This document shows positions 1-7,332 of a stretch of DNA of 8,078 nt, one piece after another (position 1 is the first letter of the stretch; each line of letters begins with the position of its first letter). Source of the stretch: an uncultured archaeon. Its GTDB lineage: Archaea; Iainarchaeota; Iainarchaeia; Iainarchaeales; 0-14-0-20-30-16. Location: assembly GCA_964565725.1 (NCBI GenBank), contig CAZMGA010000024.1, positions 1 to 8,078 on the forward strand. The letters are read 5' to 3'. The notes beneath the pieces are model-generated. The model worked only from the letters and a program-made list of their open reading frames with translations, was not told where the DNA came from and did no database searches. The translations under genes and the position numbers were made by a program.

Positions 1-487
1 AAACACAATGACCTTCATGCCATAAAAATTCTTTTGTTCTTAAAAATAATCTTGTAATCCCAATTTCCCATCTAACTACATTACACCATTGATTTATTCT
101 TAATGGCAAATCTCTCCAACTTCTTATCCATTTACCATAAGAGTCATACATTATAGTTTCTGATGTAGGTCTTATAGCCAATTTATTTTGATCATCTGTA
201 TTTGCAATCCACGCCACTTCAGGAGCAAAACCTTCTGCATGATCTGCTTCTTTTTTAAAAAAAGATTCTGGAATTAATAATGGAAAATAAGCATTTTTAA
301 CTTTAAATTTTGTTTTAATTGTGTTATCAAAATTATTTTGTATAGCTTCCCACATTTCATAAGCTCTAGGTCTAATAACCATAAAGCCCCTAACACTCGA
401 AAAATCCGCAAGTTCTGCTCTTTGCACAACTTCATTATACCAATCAGTTATATTTTCTGATTTTTTAGTTAATGCTTTTTCATCCAT
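1..487 (-). CDS. proS: Prolyl-tRNA synthetase, archaeal/eukaryotic-type class II, N-terminal part (3' end of gene lies beyond position 1)
   Basis: Reverse-strand translation from ATG at 487..485: MDEKALTKKSENITDWYNEVVQRAELADFSSVRGFMVIRPRAYEMWEAIQNNFD...YFPLLIPESFFKKEADHAEGFAPEVAWIANTDDQNKLAIRPTSETIMYDSYGKWIRSWRDLPLRINQWCNVVRWEIGITRLFLRTKEFLWHEGHCV. Contains ProRS class II signatures (VRGFMVIRP, YFPLLIPES, EGFAPEVAW, RPTSETIMY, KWIRSWRDLPLRINQW, FLRTKEFLWHEGH). AGGAG Shine-Dalgarno lies 7 nt upstream. Absent from the ORF track because it is truncated by the window edge. Confidence 0.95.
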   Translation of the reverse strand, partial: MDEKALTKKSENITDWYNEVVQRAELADFSSVRGFMVIRPRAYEMWEAIQNNFDNTIKTKFKVKNAYFPLLIPESFFKKEADHAEGFAPEVAWIANTDDQNKLAIRPTSETIMYDSYGKWIRSWRDLPLRINQWCNVVRWEIGITRLFLRTKEFLWHEGHCV

Positions 488-550
488 AATTAATCTCCTG
501 TGCTTCCATAGCACCCCGGCAACTATATAATTAGAACATATATATTTAAA
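485..550 (-). promoter_or_regulatory. proS promoter and short leader: TATA-like TTTAAATATA (550..541), GC-rich start GCCGGGGTGC (520..511), hairpin GTGCT-ATGGA-AGCAC (514..500), SD AGGAG (499..495)
   Basis: The TATA-like element sits about 27 nt upstream of position ~519, where a GC-rich tract begins; the hairpin arms are exact inverted repeats directly abutting the SD. Confidence 0.55.
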
Positions 551-617
551 AAATAAAGATATTAAATAAAAAACAATTCAAAAAAAATTCAAATATATTT
601 TTTTATATAAAAACAGA

Positions 618-691
618 TGGGCGAGGCAGGATTTGAACCTGCGACATACTGCGTATAAGACAGCCGCTCTACCAGACTGAGCTACACACCC
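618..691 (-). tRNA. tRNA-Ile with anticodon TAT (UAU), reading AUA
   Basis: Reverse strand: GGGTGTG TA GCTC AGTCTGGTA GAGC G GCTGT CTTATAC GCAGT ATGTC GCAGG TTCAAAT CCTGC CTCGCCC A. All arms fold (one U-U mismatch at 6-67 in the acceptor stem), 7-nt anticodon loop CTTATAC gives positions 34-36 = TAT, discriminator A73, no encoded CCA, no intron. The cloverleaf is firm; Ile identity comes from the anticodon, A37 and A73. Confidence 0.9.
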
Positions 692-754
692 ATTTATTCT
701 AGTTTTAAATAATAAATAAGATAATTTTAAAATTATATTTAAATTGGCAATAAA

Positions 755-768
755 ATGTTTATAAACAT
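755..768 (+). promoter_or_regulatory. TATA box TTTATAAA (758..765) embedded in a 14-bp perfect palindrome ATGTTTATAAACAT
   Basis: TATA centre is about 25 bp upstream of the ATG at 787, as expected for an archaeal promoter with a leaderless transcript. Confidence 0.5.
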
Positions 769-786
769 ATCTAAAGTATTTTCTTT

Positions 787-1440
787 ATGCAAAAATACAT
801 TTCAATTATAGGAAATTTAGAAAAACAACTTCTTTCAGACACAAACAAATTAAAAGAAATGTCTAAAAATATAAATAATTCCAATTATGATAAATATATT
901 TCTTATTTGAGAGGAGAAATTGCTTTAAAAAACAGCAATTCTAAAATAATTGAAGAATATTTAGGAAAAACAAAGATTTTAGAATATTTGGACCTTTTTA
1001 ATAAAGAATATCAAAATTTACAAGAACATATAAATGATATTCAAAAAATTAAAGAATTAAATGAATTTTTAGAATCTTTTAGGACACATAGAACATATTA
1101 TTTAAATGATACATTATTAGAAAGATTTTTATCTAGTTTTTTAAATAATTATTCTGAAGATTTTAAATTTAAAACAGAATTTGCAGGACAAATAAATTTA
1201 GATGACTTTGCTAATTCAGTAAATGGAAAAAAAGAAAATAATATTGTAGAACTAAAATATGAAAAAATTCCTAAAGCTGTTAAATTAGGATACAATTTGG
1301 GTTTGAAAAAATTTATTATTGAATCCTTAAATTTAAAATTAGTTTTTAAAAATAATTATATTTTAGAAATTTATTCTACAAGTAATATGATTTTAAAAAC
1401 AGACAAAATAGCAAAAGAAAATGATATAAAATATAATTAA
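787..1440 (+). CDS. Hypothetical protein, 217 aa, helical/coiled-coil N-terminal half; likely co-transcribed with the thermosome
   Basis: Complete ORF with a TATA box at the expected distance; 23 nt separates its stop from the thermosome ATG. No family recognised by eye. Confidence 0.75.
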   Translation: MQKYISIIGNLEKQLLSDTNKLKEMSKNINNSNYDKYISYLRGEIALKNSNSKIIEEYLGKTKILEYLDLFNKEYQNLQEHINDIQKIKELNEFLESFRTHRTYYLNDTLLERFLSSFLNNYSEDFKFKTEFAGQINLDDFANSVNGKKENNIVELKYEKIPKAVKLGYNLGLKKFIIESLNLKLVFKNNYILEIYSTSNMILKTDKIAKENDIKYN

Positions 1441-1447
1441 ATATCTC

Positions 1448-1456
1448 AAGAGGAGG
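1448..1456 (+). promoter_or_regulatory. Strong Shine-Dalgarno AAGAGGAGG for the thermosome gene
   Basis: Purine-rich anti-16S match ending 7 nt before the ATG at 1464. Confidence 0.75.
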
Positions 1457-1463
1457 CTTTTTT

Positions 1464-3071
1464 ATGCAAAACGAAGATAATCAATTTTTAAGTGAGGGCA
1501 CTAAAAGAATTAAAGGCAAAGATGCACAAAGAATAAATATTTTAATTGGAAAAACTGTTGCTAATGCTATAAGATCTACTTTAGGACCAAAAGGTATGGA
1601 TAAAATGATAGTAGATGAAATGGGAGATGTAACAATAAGTAATGATGGCGCTACAATATTAAAAGAAATGGCTATTGATCATCCAGTAGGAAAAATGTTA
1701 GTAAATTTAGCAAAAAATCAAGATTCAGAAATTGGAGATGGAACAACTACCGCAGTAGTAATAACTGGGGCATTATTAGAAGAAGCAGAAAGTTTATTAG
1801 ATAATGGAATACACCCTTCAAATATTATAAATGGATATAGATTAGCAAGTGAAAATGCAATTAAGATTTATGAAAAAATTAGTACAAAAATAGATGTAAA
1901 TGATAAAAATACATTATATAATATAGCTTTAACATCTTTGACTGGAAAGGCATCAGAATCCTGCCCAAAAATTGCAGAATTAACTGTTAACTCTATTTTA
2001 GAAGTTATAGATATTAAAAATAATAAAAATGTTATAGATATAGACAATATTAAAATTGAAAAAAAAGAAGGGGCTGCATTAGAAGATAGTGAATTGATAA
2101 AAGGAATTGTTTTAGATAAAGAAAAAGTTAGTTCGAATATGCCTTCAGAAATTAAAGATGCAAAAATTGCATTATTAGATGTAGCATTAGAAATTAAAGG
2201 TCCAGAAACAGATACAAAAATATCAATTACTAGTCCAGAACAAATGGAACAATTTATAGAACAAGAGGAAAAAATGATTAAAGAAAAAGTAGATTTAATA
2301 AAAAAATCTGGAGCAAATGTAATATTTTGTCAAAAAGGAATTGATGATTTAGCACAACACTTTTTAGCTAAATATGGAATTATGGCTGCAAGAAGAATAA
2401 AAAAATCAGATATGGATAAATTAGCTAAAGCAACTTCTGCAAATATAGTTTCAAGATTAAAAGATTTAAATCCAAAAGATTTGGGACAAGCAAAAGTTGT
2501 TGAAGAAAAAAAAATAGCTGGAGAAAATATGTTATTTGTAAAAGGTTGCAAAAATCCAAAAGCCGTAACAATATTTATTAGAGGTGGAACAGAACAAGTA
2601 ATTAATGAAGCAGAACGTGCAGTAAATGATTCAATAGGAGCGGTATCTGTTGCAATAAAATCTGGCAAAGTAGTTATTGGTGCAGGAGCTTGTGAAACTG
2701 AAGTTGCAATGCAATTAAGAGAATATGCAAAAGAAATTGGTGGTAGAGAACAATTAGCAATTGATTGTTTTGCAAATGCTTTAGAAATAATACCAAAAAC
2801 ATTGGCAGAAACAGCAGGAATGAATCCATTAGATGCAATAGTATCTTTAAGAAATAATCACAAAAAAAATGGAATTAATTATGGTGTAAATGTAATTGAT
2901 GGCAAAATAGATGAAATGTCTAAAAAGAAAGTAATTGAACCTTTAACATTAAAAACACAAGCTATAACTGCAGCATCAGAAGTTACACAAATGATTTTAA
3001 GAATTGATGATGTTATTGCTGGAAATGCTCGTAATAAAATGCCAAGACCAGGAATGGACGGAATGGATTAA
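1464..3071 (+). CDS. ths: Thermosome subunit (group II chaperonin, TCP-1/Cpn60-like), 535 aa
   Basis: Group II chaperonin motifs: [161 protein letters not shown]; ends in the GM-rich tail PGMDGMD. Confidence 0.98.
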   Translation: MQNEDNQFLSEGTKRIKGKDAQRINILIGKTVANAIRSTLGPKGMDKMIVDEMGDVTISNDGATILKEMAIDHPVGKMLVNLAKNQDSEIGDGTTTAVVITGALLEEAESLLDNGIHPSNIINGYRLASENAIKIYEKISTKIDVNDKNTLYNIALTSLTGKASESCPKIAELTVNSILEVIDIKNNKNVIDIDNIKIEKKEGAALEDSELIKGIVLDKEKVSSNMPSEIKDAKIALLDVALEIKGPETDTKISITSPEQMEQFIEQEEKMIKEKVDLIKKSGANVIFCQKGIDDLAQHFLAKYGIMAARRIKKSDMDKLAKATSANIVSRLKDLNPKDLGQAKVVEEKKIAGENMLFVKGCKNPKAVTIFIRGGTEQVINEAERAVNDSIGAVSVAIKSGKVVIGAGACETEVAMQLREYAKEIGGREQLAIDCFANALEIIPKTLAETAGMNPLDAIVSLRNNHKKNGINYGVNVIDGKIDEMSKKKVIEPLTLKTQAITAASEVTQMILRIDDVIAGNARNKMPRPGMDGMD

Positions 3072-3098
3072 ATCCATTTCTTTTATTTATTTTATTAT
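3061..3098 (+). terminator. Hairpin plus T-rich tract at the thermosome 3' end
   Basis: AATGGAT (3062..3068) pairs with ATCCATT (3072..3078), loop is the TAA stop codon (3069..3071), followed by TTCTTTTATTTATTTTATT. Confidence 0.45.
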
Positions 3099-3163
3099 AT
3101 TATTTTAGATAATTAATTTAAAATAACAAATAAATTTATATACTCTTTTTAAATATATTAAAT

Positions 3164-3394
3164 ATGGACGAATTTATTGAAAATATTAAAGAGCAAATTT
3201 TAGAACTTATAAAAAATAAAAGTTCTACCATAATTGTTTTAAAAAATTCTAGAAAAATAATAACTAACCCTAGATTTATATTTGACATTAAAGCTTTAGA
3301 ACAAGGGTATTTAAGATGGACTTATAATAATAGATCAGATGAAGTATCATTAATGAATATATCTTCTATAGAATTACAAAAAAGAATTTATTAA
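3164..3394 (+). CDS. Small hypothetical protein, 76 aa
   Basis: Complete ORF; TATA-like TTTATATA at 3135..3142 centred about 25 bp before the ATG; the next gene starts 33 nt downstream. No family recognised. Confidence 0.6.
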   Translation: MDEFIENIKEQILELIKNKSSTIIVLKNSRKIITNPRFIFDIKALEQGYLRWTYNNRSDEVSLMNISSIELQKRIY

Positions 3395-3427
3395 AACTAT
3401 TTATAAATTTTAATACAATATTTAATT

Positions 3428-4117
3428 ATGCCTGAAATTGAAATTTTACCTTGGATCCATGATATTAATCTAAATAGCCAAGCACAAGCCATAACATATA
3501 TTAAAAATTTACCAAAAAATTCTATTATTTTAATGGAAATAGATGATTCTCATATTAATGGATTTAACGATATCCCTAATTTTCTAAAAGCTAAAGGAAT
3601 AGACACCAGTATTGCCGCAGTTCTAGAAGTTTATTTAGAATGTCAAAAAAGAAACATTGTTGTATTACCTCTAGACAATGCAAATATTATTAAAAAGATA
3701 TTTGATATTCGAGACAGAGAAAAACTTTCTGGAGCAAAAGAAGCAGAATTTACTAGAGGATTTAATGCAATTAGAGAACAAGTAATGTTATCTAGAATTT
3801 TATCTGCATTAAAACTACATCCTAAAAAAAATATTTCTGTTTTAATTGGTGGAGAACATCATGAAAGAATTTACAAAGCCTTGGTTGAAAATACCCCTAA
3901 TGGTTATTCTATTAAAGTTAATGAAACTTCAAAAAGAATTTATGAATTATTTTCTAAACAACATTATTTTGAACCTAGATATGATACTAACTTCCCATGG
4001 ATTCACACAACAAATAAAATAAATAAATTTAGAGAACAACAAAAACAAAGAATTCAAAAAAAATTACAAAAAAGAAAAAGAAAAATATTACAAGAAAGAT
4101 TAACAAAACCAAAATAA
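3428..4117 (+). CDS. Hypothetical protein, 229 aa, possibly with a TraB/ChaN-like fold, plus a very basic C-terminal tail
   Basis: Complete ORF with TATA TTTATAAA at 3400..3407. Pattern ILPWIHD ... SIILMEIDD ... NIVVLPLDN ... ISVLIGGEHHERI resembles the H / E / GxxH layout of TraB/ChaN-like proteins, but only weakly. C-terminus KFREQQKQRIQKKLQKRKRKILQERLTKPK is highly basic. CDS existence is firmer (about 0.85) than the family guess (about 0.25). Confidence 0.7.
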   Translation: MPEIEILPWIHDINLNSQAQAITYIKNLPKNSIILMEIDDSHINGFNDIPNFLKAKGIDTSIAAVLEVYLECQKRNIVVLPLDNANIIKKIFDIRDREKLSGAKEAEFTRGFNAIREQVMLSRILSALKLHPKKNISVLIGGEHHERIYKALVENTPNGYSIKVNETSKRIYELFSKQHYFEPRYDTNFPWIHTTNKINKFREQQKQRIQKKLQKRKRKILQERLTKPK

Positions 4118-4130
4118 AAAATATTTTAAT

Positions 4131-6284
4131 TTATCTTATATAATTATTTCCATCTTCTTTGTCTTCATCATCATCTGATTTTTCTTTTGAAATTTTTATT
4201 CTTGCAATAGCTTTTTTAAAATCATTTATAGTTATTGGAATTGGTTTCATTTCAGATGCTTCTAAAGATATTAATGCAGCTTCTCTTAAAACACCATTTA
4301 GATCCGCACCAGAAAAATCTTTTGATTCTTTTGCAACATATTTTAAATCGTCTTCTTTTTCTATCAACATTTTTTTAGATAATCTCTTTAATATATCTAA
4401 TCTTTCTGTTTCTTCAGGCAAACCAATATTTAACAATAAATCAATTCTCCCTGGTCTTAATAAAGCATTATCCAAATTATGCAATTTATTTGTAGCTGCT
4501 AAAAATACAACCCCTTTAGAACCAGTTAAACCATCAATTTCAGTTAATAATTGATTTACAACTCTATATGTTGTTTGATTTGTATCTAATAATCTTTTTG
4601 GAGCTACAGCATCAATTTCATCAAAAAATACAATACAAGGCGAAGTTTGTCTTGCTTTCATAAAAATATTTCTTATAGCTTTTTCACTTTCACCCAACCA
4701 TTTACTAAAAATCTCTGGGCCTTTAATAGAAATAAAATTTGCTTCGCATTCATTAGCAATAGCTTTTGCCAACATTGTTTTTCCTGTTCCGGGTGGACCA
4801 TATAATAAAATTCCTTTTATTGGAGGTATTCCCGCTTTATCAAAAGAATCATAATATTTTAAAGGCCATTCAACCATTTTTTTAACTTCTTTTTTAACTG
4901 TATCTAAACCACCAATGTCATCCCAACGTATATCTGGAACCTCTACAAAAACTTCTCTTAAAGCAGAAGGTCTAACTTCTAATAAAGCTTTGTCAAAATC
5001 ATCTTTTTTAATTTCTATTTTTTCTAATTCTTCTAAAGGTATTTCTTCACAATTTAAATTAATAATTTCTGTATTAATACTTCTTCTTATTGATTGCATA
5101 GCTGCTTCTTTAACTAAAGCTGCTAAATCTGCACCTACAAAACCATGAGTCATACTTAATACAAAATCTAAATCAAAATCTTTTGATAATGGCACATCTC
5201 TTGTTAAAATATCTAATATCTCTTTTCTACCTTCTTTATCTGGAGCCCCAATTTCAATTTCTCTATCAAACCTTCCAGGTCTTCTTAACGCAGGATCTAT
5301 AGAATTAGGTCTATTTGTAGCAGCAATAACTATTACTTGTCCTCTTGCTTCCAAACCATCCATTATACTCAATAATTGCGCAACAACTCTCTTTTCAACT
5401 TCTCCTGAAACTTCCTCTCTAATTGGAGCTATGGCATCTATTTCATCTATAAAAATTATTGCAGGGGAATTTTCTTGCGCTTCTTTAAAGATAGCTCTTA
5501 GTTTATCTTCTGAACCTCCAACATATCTACTCATTATACTTGGCCCATTAATCAAACAAAAATGAGCATTAGTTTCACTTGCTACAGCTTTTGCAATTAA
5601 TGTTTTTCCAGTTCCTGGAGGGCCATATAATAAAACCCCTTTTGGTGGTTCTACTCCTACTTTGTTAAATAATTCAGGATGTTTTAAAGGTAATTCTATC
5701 ATTTCTCTAATTTTTCCTAATTGTTTTTTTATTCCACCTATATCTTCATAACTTATTCTAGGTACAGAAACATCATTTGGATCTGTAGGGGTAGTTAATA
5801 ATTCTACTTCCGTATTATCAGTAATTAATACTGCTCCTTTTGGTTGTGTGCTTTGAACTACTAAAATAATTGGGCTACCAAAAATAGCGAACATTATTTC
5901 TTCTCCAACTATTATTGGTTTATCTAAAAAATTTTTTTTAAGCAACCTAGCATAAGAACCTTGTGGAAAATTTACTTCTTGTAATGGAGCAAATGTTACT
6001 TTTTTTGCAATTTCTAATTTTGCTTTTTTTATTGTAACAGTATCTCCTATTGTAACTCCAGCATTTTTTCTTGTAAAAGAATCCATTCTAATTATTTCAT
6101 TGCCTTCATCATTTGGTCTAGAAGCCCAAATTTTTCCTAAAGTTTCTTTTTTACCTTTAATAATTACATAATCATTGGCTTTTAAACCTAAACTTGCACG
6201 CGTATCATTGTCTATAGCGACTATTTTTTTACCCACTAAATTAGGGTCAGATTCCATTACTTTCAATGTTTTTTCAAATGCCAT
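4131..6284 (-). CDS. cdc48: CDC48/VAT/p97-type AAA+ ATPase, 717 aa, with N domain and two AAA modules
   Basis: N-terminal double-psi-barrel-like region ([20 protein letters not shown]...). D1: [53 protein letters not shown]2: [52 protein letters not shown], followed by [17 protein letters not shown]. Confidence 0.98.
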   Translation of the reverse strand: MAFEKTLKVMESDPNLVGKKIVAIDNDTRASLGLKANDYVIIKGKKETLGKIWASRPNDEGNEIIRMDSFTRKNAGVTIGDTVTIKKAKLEIAKKVTFAPLQEVNFPQGSYARLLKKNFLDKPIIVGEEIMFAIFGSPIILVVQSTQPKGAVLITDNTEVELLTTPTDPNDVSVPRISYEDIGGIKKQLGKIREMIELPLKHPELFNKVGVEPPKGVLLYGPPGTGKTLIAKAVASETNAHFCLINGPSIMSRYVGGSEDKLRAIFKEAQENSPAIIFIDEIDAIAPIREEVSGEVEKRVVAQLLSIMDGLEARGQVIVIAATNRPNSIDPALRRPGRFDREIEIGAPDKEGRKEILDILTRDVPLSKDFDLDFVLSMTHGFVGADLAALVKEAAMQSIRRSINTEIINLNCEEIPLEELEKIEIKKDDFDKALLEVRPSALREVFVEVPDIRWDDIGGLDTVKKEVKKMVEWPLKYYDSFDKAGIPPIKGILLYGPPGTGKTMLAKAIANECEANFISIKGPEIFSKWLGESEKAIRNIFMKARQTSPCIVFFDEIDAVAPKRLLDTNQTTYRVVNQLLTEIDGLTGSKGVVFLAATNKLHNLDNALLRPGRIDLLLNIGLPEETERLDILKRLSKKMLIEKEDDLKYVAKESKDFSGADLNGVLREAALISLEASEMKPIPITINDFKKAIARIKISKEKSDDDEDKEDGNNYIR

Positions 6285-6292
6285 AACTATCC

Positions 6293-6673
6293 CTATTTTA
6301 CCTTTTTAATTAAACTATATGTACACCAACCTAAAAAGAAACTTAAAGAGATGTATATATATGGTGATTTAAATAAATAATTCATTAAATAGCTCATAGA
6401 TATTGTTCCATAATAAATTAAAAATGCAAACCAAAATCCCAAATATAAAATTATTAATAATATTACACCTACATAAATTTCAGAAAAATCAAATTCTAAT
6501 TTTTTATCTAAAAATTCAAATATAAAAAATCCAAATATAAAAAATGCAACAATAAAAGCATAATTTACGAATGTTGTATTTATAGATTTAAAAACTAATT
6601 GTCCTAATAAAAAGATTAATAAAAAACTAATTAAAAAACTACTTATAATTAAAAATATTTTTTTATTCTTCAT
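6293..6673 (-). CDS. Small integral membrane protein, 126 aa, about 4 predicted TM helices
   Basis: Four hydrophobic segments (IFLIISSFLISFLLIFLLGQLVF; YAFIVAFFIFGFFIFEFL; IYVGVILLIILYLGFWFAFLIYYG; YIYISLSFFLGWCTYSLI). SD GAGGTGA lies just before the ATG and overlaps the upstream gene's stop; its own stop is 8 nt from the cdc48 ATG. Confidence 0.75.
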   Translation of the reverse strand: MKNKKIFLIISSFLISFLLIFLLGQLVFKSINTTFVNYAFIVAFFIFGFFIFEFLDKKLEFDFSEIYVGVILLIILYLGFWFAFLIYYGTISMSYLMNYLFKSPYIYISLSFFLGWCTYSLIKKVK

Positions 6674-6677
6674 AAAT

Positions 6678-7331
6678 TCACCTCAAATAATTATCTATTT
6701 CTTCATATGTTGTAGCACAACCTGCATTTTTTATAGCATATAATAATGGTTTTTTGAAATTAACATTTTTTAAATCTTCAAAATAATTATTTTTTATCAT
6801 AAAACTTACTAAATCTACACTTCTAATTACAGGTATAGAGTTTATGTGGGAATGAACTAAATTCAACATTTCTTTATTAACCATTACTTTTTCCTTATAT
6901 CTTTTTTCAATCATATTATGTAATTTGTTTGGATGTTCTATCAACCATCTTGTGGTTATTTCATCTATTACTAATATTGCTTGTTTTTCTTTTGCAGATA
7001 TTACACTTTCCAATTCACCCGCTTGTAAAATTTCAATATTTCCATGAACAGTATAAAAAATTTTATTGCTTTTTATTTCCAAATTATTTACTAAGTTTTT
7101 ATTTATAGGAATAATTTCAATAACCCCTTTTTTTATTAAACTTTCATATTGTACAGCAGTCCAACTAAATTTAGATACTTTGTTTTTTATAGCTATGGTT
7201 TCATCGTATACAGCATCAGTAATATAAATTTTAACAAAGGGGTTTCTTTCTTTAAATTTTTCTAAATATTTAACTAAACCTACTTCTGCCAAACTAATTA
7301 ATGCCCCAGAATCAAAAATTAAATTTCGCAT
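6678..7331 (-). CDS. PIN-domain protein (VapC-like/PIN nuclease fold), 217 aa from ATG 7331
   Basis: NLIFDSGALISLAEV (first Asp), AGELESVISA (Glu), ILVIDEITTRWL (Asp), and a late IPVIRSVDLVSFMIKNNYF segment follow PIN-domain layout. The track start at 7340 is TTG (TTG ATT AAT ATG); the AAGGAG SD is 10 nt from ATG 7331 but only 1 nt from the TTG, so ATG 7331 is preferred. Confidence 0.75.
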   Translation of the reverse strand: MRNLIFDSGALISLAEVGLVKYLEKFKERNPFVKIYITDAVYDETIAIKNKVSKFSWTAVQYESLIKKGVIEIIPINKNLVNNLEIKSNKIFYTVHGNIEILQAGELESVISAKEKQAILVIDEITTRWLIEHPNKLHNMIEKRYKEKVMVNKEMLNLVHSHINSIPVIRSVDLVSFMIKNNYFEDLKNVNFKKPLLYAIKNAGCATTYEEIDNYLR

Positions 7332-7332
7332 A

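Noticed and set aside
541-617. A/T homopolymer-rich stretch between proS and tRNA-Ile as a possible small RNA gene
   Set aside because: No stable GC-containing stem or promoter-plus-structure combination; better explained as the tRNA 3' terminator region and the proS upstream promoter.
721-736. 16-bp palindrome ATAATTTTAAAATTAT between the tRNA-Ile and the 217-aa gene
   Set aside because: Composed only of A and T in very AT-rich intergenic DNA, where such palindromes arise easily; no supporting copy elsewhere was noticed.
1430-1438. TATA-like AAAATATAA as a dedicated leaderless promoter for the thermosome
   Set aside because: It would start transcription at or after the strong AAGAGGAGG SD, making that SD useless; readthrough from the upstream gene is more parsimonious, although not proven.
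2330-2668. 112-aa - strand ORF
   Set aside because: Lies inside the thermosome CDS on the opposite strand; the conserved sense frame explains it.
3062-3068. Local repeat GGAATGGA..GGAATGGA at the thermosome 3' end as a possible tandem repeat element
   Set aside because: It simply encodes the repeated Gly-Met-Asp residues of the GM-rich chaperonin tail.
4159-4554. 131-aa + strand ORF from the track
   Set aside because: Antisense to the well-supported cdc48 CDS; the translation is low-complexity and Ser-rich, as expected for the complement of acidic and Lys-rich codons.
4915-5148. 77-aa + strand ORF from the track
   Set aside because: Fully antisense to cdc48 (D1/D2 linker region), no recognisable domain and no promoter or SD support.
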